Origin: an uncultured bacterium | Lineage (GTDB): Bacteria > Krumholzibacteriota > Krumholzibacteriia > Krumholzibacteriales > Krumholzibacteriaceae | Direction: 5' to 3' | Assembly: GCA_963786935.1 (NCBI GenBank) | Contig: CAWBAN010000001.1 | Span: 832,001 to 896,000 of the forward strand | DNA length: 64,000 nucleotides | In this document: positions 26,475 to 36,278 of the stretch, piece by piece | How positions within the stretch are numbered: position 1 is the first letter of the stretch | Layout: each line of letters opens with the position of its first letter | Notes under the pieces: model-generated | What the model was told of the DNA's origin: nothing | Databases searched by the model: none | What the model saw: the letters and a program-made list of their open reading frames with translations, nothing else | Made by a program: the position numbers and the translations under genes

Positions 26475-28269
26475 AGATCCGCTCCGCCGTTTTCAATCCT
26501 ATTCCGGGCACCCGGGCGAGATCGGCCGGCGATGCCTGTTTGACCGCCCGCATGCTGCCCAAGCTCGCGAGCAGCGCCGTTTTCCTTTTATCGCCGATGC
26601 CGGGTATTTCGTCCAGCCCCGATCGCCTGATCCCCTTGCCGCGGAGCGTGCGATGGTACTCGACCGCGAAACGATGCGCCTCGTCCCGGACGCGCTGCAG
26701 CAGGCGGAGCGCCTCGCTCCGCCGCGGGAGCACGAGCGGATCCCCCGCTCCGCCGGTGAAGATCTCCTCGTTCCGCTTCGCGAGCCCGATGATCGGAATG
26801 GGCCGCATACCGAGGTCCTCCATCGCGCTCCGGGCCGCGGCGAGCTGCCCCTTCCCCCCGTCGATCACGATGAGATCGGGGGGGCGCTCCGAGCCGTCCT
26901 TCAGCCGGGCGAGGCGCCGCGAGAGGACCTCCCGCATCATCGCGAAATCGTCGGAACCCTGAACGCCGCGGATCTTGAACCGGCGATACCGCGACCGGCG
27001 CGGGGTGCCGCGCTCGAAGGTCGCGAGCGATCCGACGGCGTCCGTTCCCTGAATATTGGATATGTCGAACGCTTCTATCACGAGCGGGGTCGATGCGAGA
27101 CCGAGCGCCTCCTTGAGCGCGGCGAGCGCGGACACGTTGCCGGCCGGCGTGCGGGTTTCGGACGCGAGCTGCAATGCCGCGTTCTTCCGGGCGAGCCGGA
27201 GCAGGGCATGCTTCTCCCCTTTCCGGGGCGCCGCGACACGGACGCGGCCGCCGCGTTTTGCGGCGAGCCACGTCTCGACGAGCCGCTCGTCCGCGAACGA
27301 AGTCTGTGTATAGATGCGCGGCGGCACGTCCGTCGCGCCATGATAGTACAGCTCGAAGAAGGCTTCGAACACAACCGCATCCGGCTCCGCGGCCGGCGCC
27401 GGCACGAAAAAGGATTCGCGAGCGTGTATCGCGCCGTCGCGGACCTTGAGGACCGTTCCGCAGGAGCGGTCCCCCTCGCGGGCGATCGCCACGAAATCCT
27501 CGTCGGCGCCGAGCGGCGTGGCCGCGCGCTGACGCTCCGAGATCTTCTCGTACGCGGCGGCCTGATCGCGCGCCGCCGCGGCTTCCTCGTACCTCTTCAT
27601 GCGGGAGAGGCGCCACATGCGCTCGCGAATCGATTCGCCGAGGCGGCGCGATTTCCCCTTGAGGAACAGGCGCACCTCGTCGACGATATCGCCGTAGTCC
27701 GTTTCGCCGATGCGCCCGGTGCAGGGCGCCCGACAGCGTCCGATGTGAAAATTGAGGCACTCCCTCCCCGCGATTCTCCCCGGGCGCCGCTCGCGGCAGT
27801 CGCGCAGGGGAAAAATCGTCCGGATCGTCCGCAGCGTCCGCCGCACCGCGTTCGTGTCGGTGAATGGGCCGAAGTACTCGGCGCCGTCGTTCTCGATCCG
27901 CCTCACGAGGAAGAGGCGCGGAAACGGCTCCTGCCGTGTCAGCTTCAGATACGGATACCGCTTGTCGTCCTTGAGACGGATGTTGTAACGGGGGCGGTGC
28001 TCCTTGATGAGCGTGCATTCGAGCACGAGCGCCTCGACCTCGGTATCGGTCGCGATGTAATCGACCGTTTCCGCGGCCCGCATGAGCGAAGCGGTTTTCG
28101 CGCCGAGCGCGTCGGGGCTCTGCAGGTAGCTCCGGATGCGGGCGGAGAGGTCCTTGGCCTTCCCGACGTAGAGAACTTTCCCCCTCGCGTTCTTCATGAA
28201 ATAAACGCCCGGTGAATCGGGGAAGGACGCCGCCTTTTCTTTCAGGAGGCTTTTCTGCGCACTTGACAT
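26452..28269 (-). CDS. uvrC: Excinuclease ABC subunit C
   Basis: PGVY/YVGKA GIY-YIG domain, YFGPF, Cys cluster, FDISN, DGGKGQ, RDEAHRFA, HhH repeats. Confidence 0.96.
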   Translation of the reverse strand: MSSAQKSLLKEKAASFPDSPGVYFMKNARGKVLYVGKAKDLSARIRSYLQSPDALGAKTASLMRAAETVDYIATDTEVEALVLECTLIKEHRPRYNIRLKDDKRYPYLKLTRQEPFPRLFLVRRIENDGAEYFGPFTDTNAVRRTLRTIRTIFPLRDCRERRPGRIAGRECLNFHIGRCRAPCTGRIGETDYGDIVDEVRLFLKGKSRRLGESIRERMWRLSRMKRYEEAAAARDQAAAYEKISERQRAATPLGADEDFVAIAREGDRSCGTVLKVRDGAIHARESFFVPAPAAEPDAVVFEAFFELYYHGATDVPPRIYTQTSFADERLVETWLAAKRGGRVRVAAPRKGEKHALLRLARKNAALQLASETRTPAGNVSALAALKEALGLASTPLVIEAFDISNIQGTDAVGSLATFERGTPRRSRYRRFKIRGVQGSDDFAMMREVLSRRLARLKDGSERPPDLIVIDGGKGQLAAARSAMEDLGMRPIPIIGLAKRNEEIFTGGAGDPLVLPRRSEALRLLQRVRDEAHRFAVEYHRTLRGKGIRRSGLDEIPGIGDKRKTALLASLGSMRAVKQASPADLARVPGIGLKTAERIYEFIHRK

Positions 28270-28291
28270 GGATTCGACCTTCTAGTATGTT
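28263..28291 (+). promoter_or_regulatory. sigma70 promoter for rpsT overlapping the uvrC start codon
   Basis: TTGACA(28263-68)-N17-TATGTT(28286-91). Confidence 0.75.
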
Positions 28292-28316
28292 ATCGCTTCA
28301 CGGAGGTGAAGAATCA

Positions 28317-28568
28317 ATGCCGACGCACAAATCAGCAGAAAAACGGATGCGCCAGGGCGAACGCAAACGCGTTATCAACAAGGCGAGCCGGACGTCCCTT
28401 CGAAGAGAAATCAAATCGTACCGTGATCTGGAGAACGGCGAGCCTTCGAAGACGAAGTATCCGTCGATCGCCTCGACGATAGATCGCGCCGCCAAGAAGG
28501 GTATCATCCACCCCCGGAAGGCCTCGCGCCTCAAATCGCGCCTTTCGCGGAAAACGGTCAAGGCCTAG
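28317..28568 (+). CDS. rpsT: 30S ribosomal protein S20
   Basis: MPTHKSAEKRMRQ...IDRAAKKGIIHPRKASRLKSRL, GGAGGTGA SD. Confidence 0.95.
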   Translation: MPTHKSAEKRMRQGERKRVINKASRTSLRREIKSYRDLENGEPSKTKYPSIASTIDRAAKKGIIHPRKASRLKSRLSRKTVKA

Positions 28569-30268
28569 GGTTTGATCAGCTCCGCGATCCTTTCCACGGC
28601 TTCCCCGAGAGGAATCTCCTCGATCTGACGGGTCGCCCGGCGGAAGAGCTCCACCTTCCCCTCTTTGAGCTTTTTCCCGACGGTCAGGCGGAACGGGATG
28701 CCGACGAGATCGGCATCCTTGAACTTCATTCCCGGGCTCAGATCCCGGTCGTCGAGGAGCGTCTCGATCCCCCGCCTCTCGAACGCCGCCTCGAGCTCCA
28801 ACGCTGCGTTCCGAATGCCCTCGTCGTTCATGTTGACGGCGAGGATGAGGAGCGGCACCGGCGCGATCGAGAGCGGCCAGACGATGCCGTCCGGATCGTG
28901 CAGCTGCTCGATCGCGGCCGCGACCATCCGGGAGATCCCGAACCCGTAACAGCCCATGATGAACGGGTGACTCTTCCCCGTTTCGTCCAGAAACTCGGCG
29001 TGCATCGCCTCGGAGTATTTCGTCCCGAGCTTGAAGATGTGCCCCACCTCGAGGCCGTTCGTCTTCGACATCGCCGCGCCGCACTTCGGGCACCGGTCCC
29101 CCTCGCGCGCCCAGACGAAATCGTCGAATCGCTCGATCGCGAAATCGCGTCCCGCCTGCACGCCCCGCAGGTGCGTATCCGCCGCGTTCCCTCCGACGAT
29201 CATGCTCGCGTACGACTTGACGAGATTGTCGGCGTACACGGGCGTGCCCGGCGGCAAGCCGACGGGGCCCGAGAATCCCACGGGGCCGCCCGTCAGGCTC
29301 TCGATCTCCGCGGGCTCCAGGAAGCGGGTCCCCCGGTCGTCGAAAACCCGGGCAAGCTTCACATCGTTCACCTCGCGGTCCCCCGGAACGAGGACGGCGA
29401 CGGGGCGATCCTTCGAGCGGTAGAGCAGGGTCTTCACGATCTCGCGCGGCGTCACCCCGAGGAATCCGGCAACCTGCTCGACCGTCGTCATCCCCGGCGT
29501 GCTCACGCGCTCGCTCCCCGCGGCCGCCGGCGAGCCCCGGCGCTCCTCGGGCTCGCGCGCCGCCGCCCGCTCCACGTTGACCGCGTACCCGCACGAGCAG
29601 CTCAGGATCGTCGATTCGCCGCTCTGCGCGAGCACGACGAACTCGTGCGATTCGTTGCCTCCGATATACCCGGACTCGGCCTCGACCATCCGGAAGGAAA
29701 GGCCGCAGCGCTCGATGATTCTCCGATAGGCCCGTTCCATGGCCCGGTAGGTCTCGTCGAGCGATTGGTCGCTTTGATGAAAGCTGTACGCGTCCTTCAT
29801 AATGAACTCGCGCGCCCGGACGACCCCGTAGCGGGGCCGGATCTCGTCCCGGAACTTGATGAGGATCTGGTACAGGCACTGGGGGAGGCTCCGGTAGCTC
29901 TTCATGTCGTCACGCGCCACCATCGTGATGACTTCCTCGTGCGTCGGCCCGAGGGCGAAGGTCCGCTGCCTGCCGTCCTGGAGCTTGAAGAGCTCGGGGC
30001 CGAAACTGCCGAGCCTGCCCGATTCCTCGTAGATCTCTATCGGATGCAGCACCGGCATGAGCACTTCCTGGCATCCGATCGCGTTCATCTCCTCCCGCAC
30101 GATCGCCTCGATCCGCGTGAGGACCTTGAACCCGAGCGGCAGGAACGTATAAACGCCGGAGGTGAGCTTGCGGATGAGCCCCGCCCGCAGCATGAGCCGG
30201 TGGCTCGGTATCTCCGCCTCCGCGGGATTCTCCTTGAACGTCGGAATACAGCTTCGTGACCAGCGCAT
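28565..30268 (-). CDS. proS: Proline--tRNA ligase (bacterial type with INS editing domain)
   Basis: SHRLMLRAG, GPTHEE, FRDEIRPR, REFIMKD, EVGHIFKLG, MGCYGFG. Confidence 0.96.
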   Translation of the reverse strand: MRWSRSCIPTFKENPAEAEIPSHRLMLRAGLIRKLTSGVYTFLPLGFKVLTRIEAIVREEMNAIGCQEVLMPVLHPIEIYEESGRLGSFGPELFKLQDGRQRTFALGPTHEEVITMVARDDMKSYRSLPQCLYQILIKFRDEIRPRYGVVRAREFIMKDAYSFHQSDQSLDETYRAMERAYRRIIERCGLSFRMVEAESGYIGGNESHEFVVLAQSGESTILSCSCGYAVNVERAAAREPEERRGSPAAAGSERVSTPGMTTVEQVAGFLGVTPREIVKTLLYRSKDRPVAVLVPGDREVNDVKLARVFDDRGTRFLEPAEIESLTGGPVGFSGPVGLPPGTPVYADNLVKSYASMIVGGNAADTHLRGVQAGRDFAIERFDDFVWAREGDRCPKCGAAMSKTNGLEVGHIFKLGTKYSEAMHAEFLDETGKSHPFIMGCYGFGISRMVAAAIEQLHDPDGIVWPLSIAPVPLLILAVNMNDEGIRNAALELEAAFERRGIETLLDDRDLSPGMKFKDADLVGIPFRLTVGKKLKEGKVELFRRATRQIEEIPLGEAVERIAELIKP

Positions 30269-30319
30269 GTTCTCCTCTTTCGTATGGCGCCCCGTCGCGG
30301 TTCCGGTCAATACCCGAGC

Positions 30320-30348
30320 ATACTAGCGAAGCGTCGTCCCGAACGCAA
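30320..30348 (-). promoter_or_regulatory. sigma70 promoter for proS
   Basis: TTGCGT-N17-TAGTAT. Confidence 0.65.
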
Positions 30349-30409
30349 GTTTGAAGTGCCCGCGCCGCGCCGGCTGACCCCCCGCGGGAGCCATCTGCAC
30401 CCCGCCGGG

Positions 30410-33220
30410 CTAGAAATTGAAGCCGAGGAAGAAATCGATGTAGGTCGTGCCCGACATTTCATGAAAATCGGTGCGTCGGCAGAAATTCACCCGGACGATC
30501 GGCACGTAGCCGAGGTTCATCTCGACCCCCGCCCCCACGCTCCCGAGCCATTGCGAATCGTAGATGAAGCCCGCCGCGCGCCCGGCGTCGAAGAAGAGCG
30601 CTCCCCGGAACATCGGAAATTCGATCGCGCCGACGGGAAACCGAAGCCGGAGATCGTCGATGAGCGGAAAGCGGATCTCGGTGTTGAAGAGGAGCGTCTT
30701 CGTTCCCGCGTACCGCCGGAAATCGTAGCCCCGCAGATCCCACGCGCCGCCGAGATAGAAGAGCTGCAGATCGCTCCCCCACGCGTTCCGGCTCACGAAC
30801 CGCTGCGCGAAGACGATCCGGTCGGTGAGCGCGAGATAGTGCCGCGCGTCGATATGGGCGGTCGAGCTTTCGTACCGGTCCCCCGAGAGATCCCACGTCT
30901 TGCCGAGCGTCACGTTGACCCGCCTTCCGCTGAGGGGTCCGCCGACGTACCACGAGATGTTGTCGAAGGTGAACGAGAGATAGTTCGACACGAGCAGCCC
31001 GCTCCCGCTCGAGAGGCCGCGAAACGAGATGTCGTCGTCGCGCTGGATGCGCTTGAAAACCGTCGAGAACTCGGCGCGGCTGAACGACGAAAACGGATAG
31101 ATGATGCCGCCGAGCACCCCGTACCGCCGCTCGTACCGGATGATGTCGTACGAGCTTCCGACGTAGCTCGCGAGATGGAACGCCCCGACCGCGTAATTGA
31201 TGCGGCGCGAGAGGTTCACATACGTCACGGCGACATTGAGACGGTCGAAGAAATCATCGAAGCTGTCGGTCGAGCTCCCCGCGAGCACGATCAGCTCATG
31301 GTTGCCGAGCATATCGGTGAAGAAGAGCTGCGCGCCGTTTCCCGTGCTCCCGTAATCGGGATCGAGGGTGAAGGTCGCTCCGATGAGATCGAGCCCGAGC
31401 TTGATCCGGTAGTTTTTCCTGACGATATAGCCCGCGCCCTCCGGCATGCCCGGCTTCCAGCCGGCGGAGGCCGCTTCGGGCGCCGGCTCCGGCTCCGCCG
31501 CCGAAAGGGCCCCCTCGCGCAGGGGCACGCGATAGCACCCGTACGTGCCTTTGCTGTACGAGGCGCAGAGAAACGCATTTCCGCCGTCGCATGGATATGG
31601 ATTGAACGCGCCCCCGAGGACGGCGGTCTGACGATCGAGAACGCCGTCTCGCAGCAGGTAGATGTCGGGAACGCCGCCGCGGTCCGAGGAGAATATGATC
31701 CGCTCGCCGTCCGGAAGCCATCGAGGATCGACGTCGCGCGCGCCGTTCCCCGTGAGAGCCGTGATCTCGCGGGTTTCCGTATCGATCGTGTACAGCGCGG
31801 AGACGTGCTCACGCGCGTCGCCGCAGCGATCGGAACTGAACACGAGCAGATTCCTCGACGGATGCCAGTCCGGAGTCACGTCCTCGTAGTAGTCGTCGGT
31901 GAGCCGCTCGCACGTTTTCTCCTCGAGACGGTACACGAACAGATCCGATTTTCCGAACGCGTCGATCGCCGAGCACGCGACGGCGCGGCCGTCCGGCGAA
32001 AGGCTCGGCGACCCGAGAATCCGCACGCCTTCGATGGAGAATTTCCGCACGACCCGGCGCCGATCGATATCGTACAGGTAGACCACGTCGTTCGCGCGCG
32101 CCTTGGAAACGAACAGGAGGGTGTCCCCCCGCACGGCGATGAGGCTGCGGAGCGGCGGTATCGATTCAAACTCGCTCGTCCGGCCGCCGCGGATGAAGAC
32201 GTGCCGCCCCCATCTCCCTCGAGCGTCCCGTTTGAGCTCCATGATGTTGATGTTCCCCTGGTCGTAGCCGACGCAGAATATTCGGCTCCCCTCCCGTTTC
32301 CGCGGATCGCACGCGGGATGGAGCTCGAAAATCGGCTCCCCGTGCATGAGCGCCTCGCCGTGCTCCGCGATGTTCCGGCGCCCGATGACCGAAGGGTAGT
32401 ATCGCCGCTTCAGATACTCCTCCCAGGCGTCGCTCAGCTCCCGGAGCCTCATGCCGGTCGTTTTCTGGAGCACGACGTCGAACCGGTCGCTCTTCCACCA
32501 GTTGTCGAGGATGAGCCGGATCGATTCCGCCCCGAAGCGCGTCCCGATATAGTGAACGGCGCTTTCCCCCTCCTTGTACATGAGATAGGTGCCCTCGATC
32601 CGCCATATCTCTTCGAGGGAGTACAGGAGATCGCTCGTCACGGCGTCGCGGAGAAACATGTGGGCTTCGGTGTCGGTGCCCCGGTTGGCGCAATACTCGG
32701 CGAGCCCCTCGGTGAACCAGAGCGGCGGATCGCCGTACGTGAATCGCCGGTGCCCCTTCATCACGACGCGGAGCTTCTCGAGCATGAACGCGTGGGCCAG
32801 CTCGTGGCGGAACACCTTCCGGAGTTTCGGGTAGGACCCGCCGAACGGGAGCGCGATGCGCCCCTTGATGAACTCGGTGAATCCCGCCACCGATTCGGAG
32901 ACGAAGCTCGGCGTGACATTCGTCTCCTTGAAGTCGTGATGCGTTCCGTAGAGAATGACCGGGATCCGCGCTTCGAAATCAACACGGAAAAAGTCCTCGT
33001 ACTCGGCGTAGACGCTCTCGGCGAGGCTCGCGACGAATTCGGCGACGGGAAGCTCGTCCGGGTAGTAGTAGATCTCGAGGTGGACCGTCTCGATGATCTT
33101 CCAGTCTTTCGGCGCGTAGATGACCTTGTTCTTTCCGAAGGGATATTGCGCGGACGCCCCCTGAACCGCGAGAATCACGGCGGCGCACGCGATGGATAGA
33201 ATCCGGACGAAGCGCATCAT
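30410..33220 (-). CDS. Omp85/BamA-family outer membrane protein with N-terminal zincin and PD40 beta-propeller
   Basis: Signal peptide, HELAH...EGLAE, SPDG/FSSDR repeats, LGGAWDLRGY, terminal FFLGFNF. Confidence 0.85.
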   Translation of the reverse strand: MMRFVRILSIACAAVILAVQGASAQYPFGKNKVIYAPKDWKIIETVHLEIYYYPDELPVAEFVASLAESVYAEYEDFFRVDFEARIPVILYGTHHDFKETNVTPSFVSESVAGFTEFIKGRIALPFGGSYPKLRKVFRHELAHAFMLEKLRVVMKGHRRFTYGDPPLWFTEGLAEYCANRGTDTEAHMFLRDAVTSDLLYSLEEIWRIEGTYLMYKEGESAVHYIGTRFGAESIRLILDNWWKSDRFDVVLQKTTGMRLRELSDAWEEYLKRRYYPSVIGRRNIAEHGEALMHGEPIFELHPACDPRKREGSRIFCVGYDQGNINIMELKRDARGRWGRHVFIRGGRTSEFESIPPLRSLIAVRGDTLLFVSKARANDVVYLYDIDRRRVVRKFSIEGVRILGSPSLSPDGRAVACSAIDAFGKSDLFVYRLEEKTCERLTDDYYEDVTPDWHPSRNLLVFSSDRCGDAREHVSALYTIDTETREITALTGNGARDVDPRWLPDGERIIFSSDRGGVPDIYLLRDGVLDRQTAVLGGAFNPYPCDGGNAFLCASYSKGTYGCYRVPLREGALSAAEPEPAPEAASAGWKPGMPEGAGYIVRKNYRIKLGLDLIGATFTLDPDYGSTGNGAQLFFTDMLGNHELIVLAGSSTDSFDDFFDRLNVAVTYVNLSRRINYAVGAFHLASYVGSSYDIIRYERRYGVLGGIIYPFSSFSRAEFSTVFKRIQRDDDISFRGLSSGSGLLVSNYLSFTFDNISWYVGGPLSGRRVNVTLGKTWDLSGDRYESSTAHIDARHYLALTDRIVFAQRFVSRNAWGSDLQLFYLGGAWDLRGYDFRRYAGTKTLLFNTEIRFPLIDDLRLRFPVGAIEFPMFRGALFFDAGRAAGFIYDSQWLGSVGAGVEMNLGYVPIVRVNFCRRTDFHEMSGTTYIDFFLGFNF

Positions 33221-34041
33221 AGATGCTCGTAGCATTCGAACCGAAACGTGCCGCTGAACGAAACGGCGGCGGGGCCCGTGAGGAGACAGGAGGCCGCGCC
33301 GTCCGCGGTCGGCTCGAGCGCGACGTCCAGGACGTCGCCTCCCCGCGTCCCGCAGCGGACCGGCGGATCGACCAGCCCGAGACGCGCGAGGACCGCCGCG
33401 ATCACGACGGCGCCCGTTCCGCAGGCCTCGGTCTCGTCCTCGACGCCGCGCTCGTACGTCCGGTACTCGCATGCGCGGCGATCGGCGACCGATACGATGT
33501 CGACGTTCGCTCCCGCCGCGCCGAATTCCGGATCGCGCCGCACGGGAGCGGCGAAGCGGACGAACTCGTCGCGCGTGAGCGCGCGCACGCCTTCCATCAC
33601 GATCACGGCGTGCGGCACGCCGCACACGCCGTAGTGGACGGGACGATCCGTCGAGCCGATCCGCATGCCGAGCCTCAGGGAGCGCACCGCGCCGATGGAT
33701 ACCCGCACGCCTTCCGGCCCGATCTCGGCCCCCACGACGCCCGAACGCGTGTCGAACGACATGCGCGCCGCGGCGATCCCCGATTCGAACGCGAATGCGG
33801 CGGCGCACCGCGCGCCGTTTCCGCAGAGATCCGCCTCTCCCCCGTCACTGTTGTAATACCGCATCGAAAAATCGCCGGTCGTTCCCGGGCGCAGGATGAT
33901 GAGACCGTCCCCCCCGACGCCGCGCCGCCTCGAGCAGAGTCGCGCGATCGTTTCGCCGGAGATGCCGTAGCGCCCCTCCATGTCGGCGATCATGATAAAA
34001 TCGTTTCCCGCACCGTGCATCTTGGTGAATGGTATCAGCAC
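33217..34041 (-). CDS. dapF: Diaminopimelate epimerase
   Basis: KMHGAGNDF, LCGNGARC, ERGVEDETEACGTG. GTG start. Confidence 0.95.
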   Translation of the reverse strand: MLIPFTKMHGAGNDFIMIADMEGRYGISGETIARLCSRRRGVGGDGLIILRPGTTGDFSMRYYNSDGGEADLCGNGARCAAAFAFESGIAAARMSFDTRSGVVGAEIGPEGVRVSIGAVRSLRLGMRIGSTDRPVHYGVCGVPHAVIVMEGVRALTRDEFVRFAAPVRRDPEFGAAGANVDIVSVADRRACEYRTYERGVEDETEACGTGAVVIAAVLARLGLVDPPVRCGTRGGDVLDVALEPTADGAASCLLTGPAAVSFSGTFRFECYEHL

Positions 34042-34052
34042 CCCGTCGGCTC

Positions 34053-35126
34053 CTATTTGATCGTGATCGGATCGAGGGTCCGCTTTTCGCCCGGCTTGAG
34101 CCGGAGCGTGTCGGCAAGGGTCACGCACGGCTCGTTCAACGCACGCGTCGAATCCGCGGCCTCGTAGTAGACGCCGCAGAGCGTATCCGGATTCATATCG
34201 ATGAAGGCCGCCACCGCGTAGGCGCCCGGGGGCACGCTTCCGAACGCGAAGGCTCCCGTCGAATCGGCGCGCGCCGCGAGGGGCCGCGCTCCCCGCGCCG
34301 ACGGCGCGAGCCGGATCGTCGCCGGCACCGTGAGCTTCGTCTCGTTGACGACGATGCCCTCGATCGTTCCCGGCTCGTTCGGGTCGATGATCACGATGCG
34401 GATCTCCCCGCGCTCCGGCCGGAACCGGTCGAGCGAGATGGTGTCAGGGCGGAGCGTGAAAAACTCCGTGCCTTCCGAGAGCCGACCGTCGCCGTCCTTG
34501 TCGAGGAACGCCCGCAGGACGAATTTCGTGCCGTCGGTCGGAAGCGCGCGAAGCACGAACGATCCGTCGCTTTCGGCGAACGCGACGCGCGACCGCTTCC
34601 CGGAGCGGAAAGCGGACGCGGTGTCGCCGGACGCCGTGAAGAGCTCCGCGACCCCCGTCGAATCCGGCTTGTCCTTGAAGAGTATGGTCCCCGCGATCTC
34701 CCCCCGGGGCATCGAGTCGGCGGTGGAGAAATACAGGAGGAAGTTCTTTCTGCTCTCGACGCGGTGATAGTCCCTGATCCCCGGGCGGACGAGCAGGCAG
34801 ATCGTGGTTTCGGGAAGGAGCTCCCTGAACGCGATTTCGACCCGGTCGCCGCTGACGCTGACGCGCTCGAACTCGACGGGGGGATAGACGAAGATCCTGT
34901 TTTTAAAGCTCGCGGGGTCGATCTTCTCGTTGAACCACAGCGCCGGGGTCACGTTCCGTGCCACCCGCGAAGAATCGTTCCGGGGAACGGTCGACACGAT
35001 CGACGGGGGAACCTTGTCCTCGGGCCCTCCCGGCGGAGGCTCCATGACAGCGCACGCGGCGAGCAGCGCCGCCGCTCCGAGCGCGGCGAGCTTCGCGGTG
35101 CGCGATACATGCGTGCGCTGAGACAT
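34053..35126 (-). CDS. Ig-like (Big_5) lipoprotein
   Basis: LAAC lipobox followed by PPPGGPEDKVPP, Ig-like strands and DxDGDG repeats. Confidence 0.75.
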   Translation of the reverse strand: MSQRTHVSRTAKLAALGAAALLAACAVMEPPPGGPEDKVPPSIVSTVPRNDSSRVARNVTPALWFNEKIDPASFKNRIFVYPPVEFERVSVSGDRVEIAFRELLPETTICLLVRPGIRDYHRVESRKNFLLYFSTADSMPRGEIAGTILFKDKPDSTGVAELFTASGDTASAFRSGKRSRVAFAESDGSFVLRALPTDGTKFVLRAFLDKDGDGRLSEGTEFFTLRPDTISLDRFRPERGEIRIVIIDPNEPGTIEGIVVNETKLTVPATIRLAPSARGARPLAARADSTGAFAFGSVPPGAYAVAAFIDMNPDTLCGVYYEAADSTRALNEPCVTLADTLRLKPGEKRTLDPITIK

Positions 35127-35182
35127 CGCAGGTCCCTGTGCGCGCCCCGGCGCAGAGCCGCCGGAGAGCCCGTCAGAACGCC

Positions 35183-36112
35183 CTATTTCTCGCCCGGCAC
35201 GAGGAGCGCGATGATGGCCCGCTGGATGTGAAGCCTGTTTTCCGCCTCTTCGAAAACAACCGATTGCTGCCCATCGATCACGGAGTCGGTCACTTCCTCG
35301 CCGCGGTGCGCCGGAAGACAGTGCATGAAAATCGCCGTTCGGTTCGCGAGCTTCATCAGGTCGTCGTTGATCTGGTATCCCCTGAAAGCCTTGAGGCGCC
35401 GTTCCTTCTCCGCCTCCTGCCCCATGCTCGTCCAGACGTCCGCGTACACGACGTCCGCGCCCCGAACCGCCGCGCGCGGGTCCGCGATCCGCTCGTAATC
35501 GAGCGCGCCGCTTCCCTTCGTCGCGGCGACGAACGAGTCCTCGATCTCGAATCCGTCCGGGGCCGCGAGCACGAACTTGAATCCGAATTTCGCCGACGCC
35601 TCGAGCCAGCTGCGGGCGACGTTGTTTCCGTCGCCGACGAACACGACCTTTTTCCCCTCGATGGATCCGAACCGCTCGACCGCGGTGAACACGTCGCCGA
35701 GCACCTGGCACGGGTGGAGAAGATCGGTGAGCCCGTTGATCACGGGCACGTCGGCGTGCCGCGCGAGCTCCTCGACGAGCCCCTGATCGAAGGTGCGGAT
35801 CATGATCCCGTCCACGTACCGCGAGAGCACCTGCGCGACGTCTTTCGGCGCTTCGCGGCTCCCGATCTTGATCTCCGCGTCGGTGATGAACAGGCTCGAA
35901 CCGCCGAGCTGCCGCATGGCGATCTCGAAGCTCAGCCGCGTCCGAAGGCTCGGCTTGTGGAAGATGCACGCGAGCACGCGCCCCGGATGGCTCGCCGGCA
36001 GGCGAAATGACCGGGCGAGCGGCTTCTGCTCCGCGCACAGCTTCAAAATCGCATCGAGCTCGTCACGCGAATAATCCCGCATGGAGAGGAAATCTTTCTT
36101 CGACAGCTTCAT
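35183..36112 (-). CDS. argF: Ornithine carbamoyltransferase
   Basis: SLRT, HPCQ, GDGNNV, DVWTSMG, HCLPAHRG, AENR. Confidence 0.93.
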   Translation of the reverse strand: MKLSKKDFLSMRDYSRDELDAILKLCAEQKPLARSFRLPASHPGRVLACIFHKPSLRTRLSFEIAMRQLGGSSLFITDAEIKIGSREAPKDVAQVLSRYVDGIMIRTFDQGLVEELARHADVPVINGLTDLLHPCQVLGDVFTAVERFGSIEGKKVVFVGDGNNVARSWLEASAKFGFKFVLAAPDGFEIEDSFVAATKGSGALDYERIADPRAAVRGADVVYADVWTSMGQEAEKERRLKAFRGYQINDDLMKLANRTAIFMHCLPAHRGEEVTDSVIDGQQSVVFEEAENRLHIQRAIIALLVPGEK

Positions 36113-36200
36113 ACACGCTCCTTCGTGCTGACGGTTCGGATCACCGGGGCCATAGGGGCTCGTTTACCAGGCGATCGGCGCCGCGTTTTCCCGCATGGAT

Positions 36201-36229
36201 AAGGTAACGCCCCGCCGCGACGCGCACAA
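36201..36229 (-). promoter_or_regulatory. sigma70 promoter for argF
   Basis: TTGTGC-N17-TACCTT. Confidence 0.5.
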
Positions 36230-36278
36230 GAATTCCTTTGACGCCGCGCGGTCCGAACGCTCCGGCGCACGGTGCCGA

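Noticed and set aside
35183..36112. SLRT motif suggesting an N-acetyl/N-succinyl-ornithine transcarbamylase
   Set aside because: DVWTSMG and HCLPAHRG are ordinary OTCase signatures.
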